From: Parasitella parasitica NRRL 2501
Taxonomy: Eukaryota; Fungi; Mucoromycota
Assembly: GCA_025201805.1 (NCBI GenBank)
Contig: MU619382.1
Span: 6,724 to 45,430, forward strand
Length of the DNA: 38,707 bases
Reading direction: 5' to 3'
The notes under the pieces are model-generated. The model was given only the letters and a program-made list of their open reading frames with translations, searched no databases and had not been told where the DNA came from. The translations under genes were made by a program, and so were the position numbers. This document shows, in pieces, positions 34,886-38,707 of this stretch. Every line of letters begins with the position of its first letter. Positions within the stretch are counted from its first letter, which is position 1.

Positions 34886-36304
34886 TCATGCGCCTTCGGA
34901 AACACTCGACATTCCCGCAACCAGCCTTTGTTCAGCTGTCATGTCAGTATTCCAGCGACTGGTATATTCGAGCTGGCTTCTTCTCTCGTCGCACCATTCT
35001 TTGACAGCAACACATTCAGCAGTAAACATGTCTCTAGTGATGCCCTCAAACGAATTGTCGAAAGCGTAAAAGTTGGTTTCATAGTCCAAGCGGCACAGAT
35101 TTGGAAACAGTTTCAATAGACTTTCAAAACCAGGCTTTGATAAGGGCGTGGTCATATATTTTGTGATAGTCAGTTGACGAATTGAGGAGCCGGGTATAAA
35201 CGAAGCTGCGTTACGCCTATTGTTGCAAAATATGGATTTGGGTATATCATAAGGCGAAAATCGTTTGGTCGTTGCTGCAGCCGTGGTCTCCCTTTTCTGT
35301 TTTTGCTCAGTTTCTTGCATAGACATGATACGCAGAGCTTCAAGCGCGGCCAAATCCGTGTTGGAGATACACGCCAAATCATACAATTCCAAGCAGTGCA
35401 GCTTCTGACATTTGGTCAGCAATTGCCAGAGCACATAGCCAGATATCCGACCTGCTGGTGATGATCCCGTCAACTGGCGACCCTCCCTGATGATTTCGGC
35501 ATGACTCAGAACGTCACGAGACTTTAGTGAGCATAGAGTCAATGATTCCAGTGAAAGCCAGTGGCGAGAGATGGTGAGAAGAACTGCGTCGTCCATACCA
35601 GAGTGCGACCCATAGAAATGGCGCATACGAGGACACGCCGTAACAATAGCTTGCAATAAGCCAGAAGAGTGGATGCCCCTGTCGTGGTTGTCGCTGTATG
35701 TGAACGACTCCAACGCATGAGCATGGGAAGCAATTGAGCAGAACAGCTCTGTCATCTCTAGATCCAAAGTGCAGTTTTTCACCGTAAGGCCTTTCAGGGT
35801 AGTCGTATTGTTGCGTAGCAACTGAGCAATTGCGTCTGAGAACTCGTCGTGCAAATCGAAGTTGCGTTTCAAGTATTCATAGCGTCGACGGTGAGGTTGT
35901 AGAGACGTGAGGAGGGAAAATAGCATGGGACCAGCATGGTGAGCTCGGTTGGAAAAGCGCACCGGCACTACAGTATCTTGGATAAATCTCGAATAGCAGC
36001 CGCTGATGGAAATTGATTTTACCCGGGAAGCGACGCTGACCAGCTTGTGCAATGCAAGCACCAGCGTTTTGTACTCCAGATTATCCAATTCAACATGGCG
36101 ATAAAGATAGGGTTCGTGACACACGCCATACCATTGTTTACAAACACTATTTTTTTGTTTTTTTTGTTTTTTCAAGCATGTAAAATGTCAGTGAAATCTA
36201 CCTCTGTATGCAATTCATTTTGCTACATACCTTGCTATCAGCCAGCGTTCAGGCAGTGGAATGTAAGAAAATATGTCTAATAAAATCGTATCCGGAAGAT
36301 TCAT
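34886..36304 (-). CDS. F-box protein with RNI-like/LRR-like C-terminal region, 2 exons
   Basis: Exon 1 36231-36304 gives MNLPDTILLDIFSYIPLPERWLIA. Splicing across intron 36147-36230 adds S|VCKQWYGVCHEPYLYRHVEL, completing a canonical F-box. Downstream LRR-like repeats: LKGLTVKNC, ACPRMRHF, LESLTLC, KCQKLHCLEL, LFPNLCRL. Confidence 0.9.
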
Positions 36305-37696
36305 AAATGTGTAATCAGGCAAGAAAAATGGCCAAAAAGAATCGAAGTTTATATATCCCTTCTAATTTTCAGTTTGAGTCAAAGACTTTTGTGTTGGAAA
36401 GAGAGAAAGGACAGAACATCTGACTTTTTTTTCTTTTTTTTTTTNNNNNNNNNNNNNNNNNNNNNNNNNNNNNNNNNNNNNNNNNNNNNNNNNNNNNNNN
36501 NNNNNNNNNNNNNNNNNNNNNNNNNNNNNNNNNNNNNNNNNNNNNNNNNNNNNNNNNNNNNNNNNNNNNNNNNNNNNNNNNNNNNNNNNNNNNNNNNNNN
36601 NNNNNNNNNNNNNNNNNNNNNNNNNNNNNNNNNNNNNNNNNNNNNNNNNNNNNNNNNNNNNNNNNNNNNNNNNNNNNNNNNNNNNNNNNNNNNNNNNNNN
36701 NNNNNNNNNNNNNNNNNNNNNNNNNNNNNNNNNNNNNNNNNNNNNNNNNNNNNNNNNNNNNNNNNNNNNNNNNNNNNNNNNNNNNNNNNNNNNNAAAAAA
36801 AAAAAAAAAAAGGGCGCTTGAAACCAGCAAACTAACGAAAGTTCTTTTTCATGTCATTGTCGAATAAATCTACACAAAATAAGCGCAGTGGTTCTTCTTT
36901 GGAAGGCAAGGCTCGCAAAAAAAAGAAAAAATACATCTGTCATATCGCTCCATTTGTATGTAGCGGAAAGAATTTTCCAAATATATACATTGATCACGCA
37001 TAAATTTCCACGCCCTCTCCATGTCATTTAAAATATATACACATGTATACAAAGAAATCACATATTATGCCTCCAATATAGCACATGCCATTCTCGTTAG
37101 ATTAAATTACCGGAAGACGAATGGCAAAAAAAAAAAAAAAAAAGAACAAGTGATTAGTTCCAAAATATGCACCGAGTAATAGCTTGCATTGCAGCCGTAT
37201 GCATTTCTTTCAATAAAATACCCAGGCTATAATAGCATTTTCACATCAAACACGATATTTCTGTTTAAACATTTTGCCATTGCAGAATTCGCAACAATAG
37301 CCAAGAATAAGAATTTAAGGAGTTCAGAAACTTGACCAGATCAAATCAAACACTTGTCAAGATTATTCATTGTTAATTTAGCAGGTGGAATATGCTCTGC
37401 AATTCCCTATTATTTCCTATATCAGAAACAAAGAAAAACACACAATGCAAGAACCTCTCCACTCCCTATATTTCACATTCTGACATGTTGCAAGCACCCC
37501 CCCCATCTTCCCCAATATTTCCATCAGCATACATGCAAAAACACATCACTGCGCATAACTAGATTGAATCAAGTTTATTCCGTTTGATGAGGAAAAAATA
37601 AGACTGTTGTTGAATGATTATCCACGCACACACACTGGCAAATTTCTCGAGAACAAAGGCTTGATAACTGTATCAGATTGTATGTGTCGATCCTAC

Positions 37697-37982
37697 TTAA
37701 GGACCAGCAGTAGGGGCAGGGTTCATTCTACGCTTACCACCGATTTGAGTGGTGACATTGACGAAACGACGGTTGTAAACTTGTCTTTTCTTAGCGCGAC
37801 CAGTCTTGGGCTTCTTCTTTTCTTGCTTAGCGACTTTGGGACATTGAGACTTGACCTTACCGGCACGAGCCAAAGAACCGTGAACTTTACCCTAAAGAAA
37901 TACACAGCAATACATGGTCAGTTGCGCGGATGGATGCATCGATGGATTGATCGATGGTTGTCGCTTGTGTGAAATTTACCAT
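37697..37982 (-). CDS. RPS30: 40S ribosomal protein eS30 (S30), missed by the ORF track
   Basis: ATG-only first exon 37980-37982, intron 37892-37979, exon 2 37697-37891: [64 protein letters not shown]. Confidence 0.97.
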
Positions 37983-38707
37983 ATTGGATGATAGTAATCT
38001 ACAAAGAGAAAGATCTTTCGATACAATGTAAAACTTGCTTTGAAATATTCCGCAAAACTGAATTTGTAGACTCGGAGCTGAGGTGCTTGCGAACCGGGCT
38101 TCTTTGAGCGGAGACGTTCCTGAAATGGCATGAATGCCATGTGCGTATACGTTAATTTGCATTTCGACCGAGGATATACAATGTCATTATTACTCAATTG
38201 GTTGTCATGGTAACTGTACAATTTATTTCAACCATCTAAATGTATACTTTTACAGCGAGATCATGTTGGCGTATTGAGTCTAAAGAAAATGGGGAATCTC
38301 GATGTCAAAGAGCCTCTCACTCGGCGTTTCTTGGGGGGGGGGATCGAACCACTATTGTTGAAGAGCCGCTCAACCGAGCAACCTGCTATACATCAAGGTT
38401 ATCACCATCATTGAATTCTCCTTCTTAAGAATAATATGGGTATGTTGAAAGCATCCATCCATTAACAGACGATGGAAACGCATCCACACATGATACTAAT
38501 CAATTGAACAATTTTTTTTGTTTCTTGTTCATAAATAGCTGTTGGCAAAAACAAGTAAGATTTCCCCAGTCGGTGTTGTATCACGAGACTCATCAATGCA
38601 TTCTGTTGCTCTTGTCATAGGCGTCTTTCAAAAGGAAAGAAAGGTTTAAAAAAGAAGATGTAAGTTGCTCACTAGAAACTGTGCATTTTTCTCGAAATTA
38701 TCAAAAA

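Noticed and set aside
36369-36835. ORFs spanning N runs (also 9357-9698)
   Set aside because: Artefacts of translating assembly gaps and homopolymers.
37892-38300. Ubiquitin-like FUBI fusion upstream of eS30, as in animals
   Set aside because: The gene has an ATG-only first exon spliced directly to GKVHGSL, the ordinary unfused fungal form.

Overview
Eukaryotic fungal genomic DNA, probably Mucoromycota/Mucorales (inferred from short GT-AG introns with CTAA-type branch points, AT-rich intergenic DNA with long homopolymers, and protein style). It is a draft assembly with N gaps. Nine intron-containing genes can be reconstructed: a small SET/post-SET protein (+), the ~3,600-aa HECT E3 ligase TOM1/HUWE1 (-), the proteasomal deubiquitinase UBP6/USP14 (+), the GID/CTLH RING subunit RMD5/GID2 (-), COP9 signalosome subunit CSN8 (+), an FLVCR-like MFS transporter (-), an uncharacterised IQ-motif/coiled-coil protein (-), an F-box/LRR-like protein (-) and ribosomal protein eS30 (-). 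Five of the nine are ubiquitin-system genes. Two accessory islands contain a non-coding ~1.48-kb repeat family: one exact unit-length monomer (208-1688) and a head-to-tail array (23616-26552). The unit has a highly conserved palindromic core, and the array ends at a GCGAAGC-type mini-hairpin. Next to the monomer is a mosaic of decayed host-gene fragments that the ORF track does not reveal: an intron-retaining ARP4 fragment and an oppositely oriented CDP-diacylglycerol synthase (CDS1) fragment. This suggests DNA-level gene-fragment capture. All identifications come from reading motifs by eye; no database searches were run.
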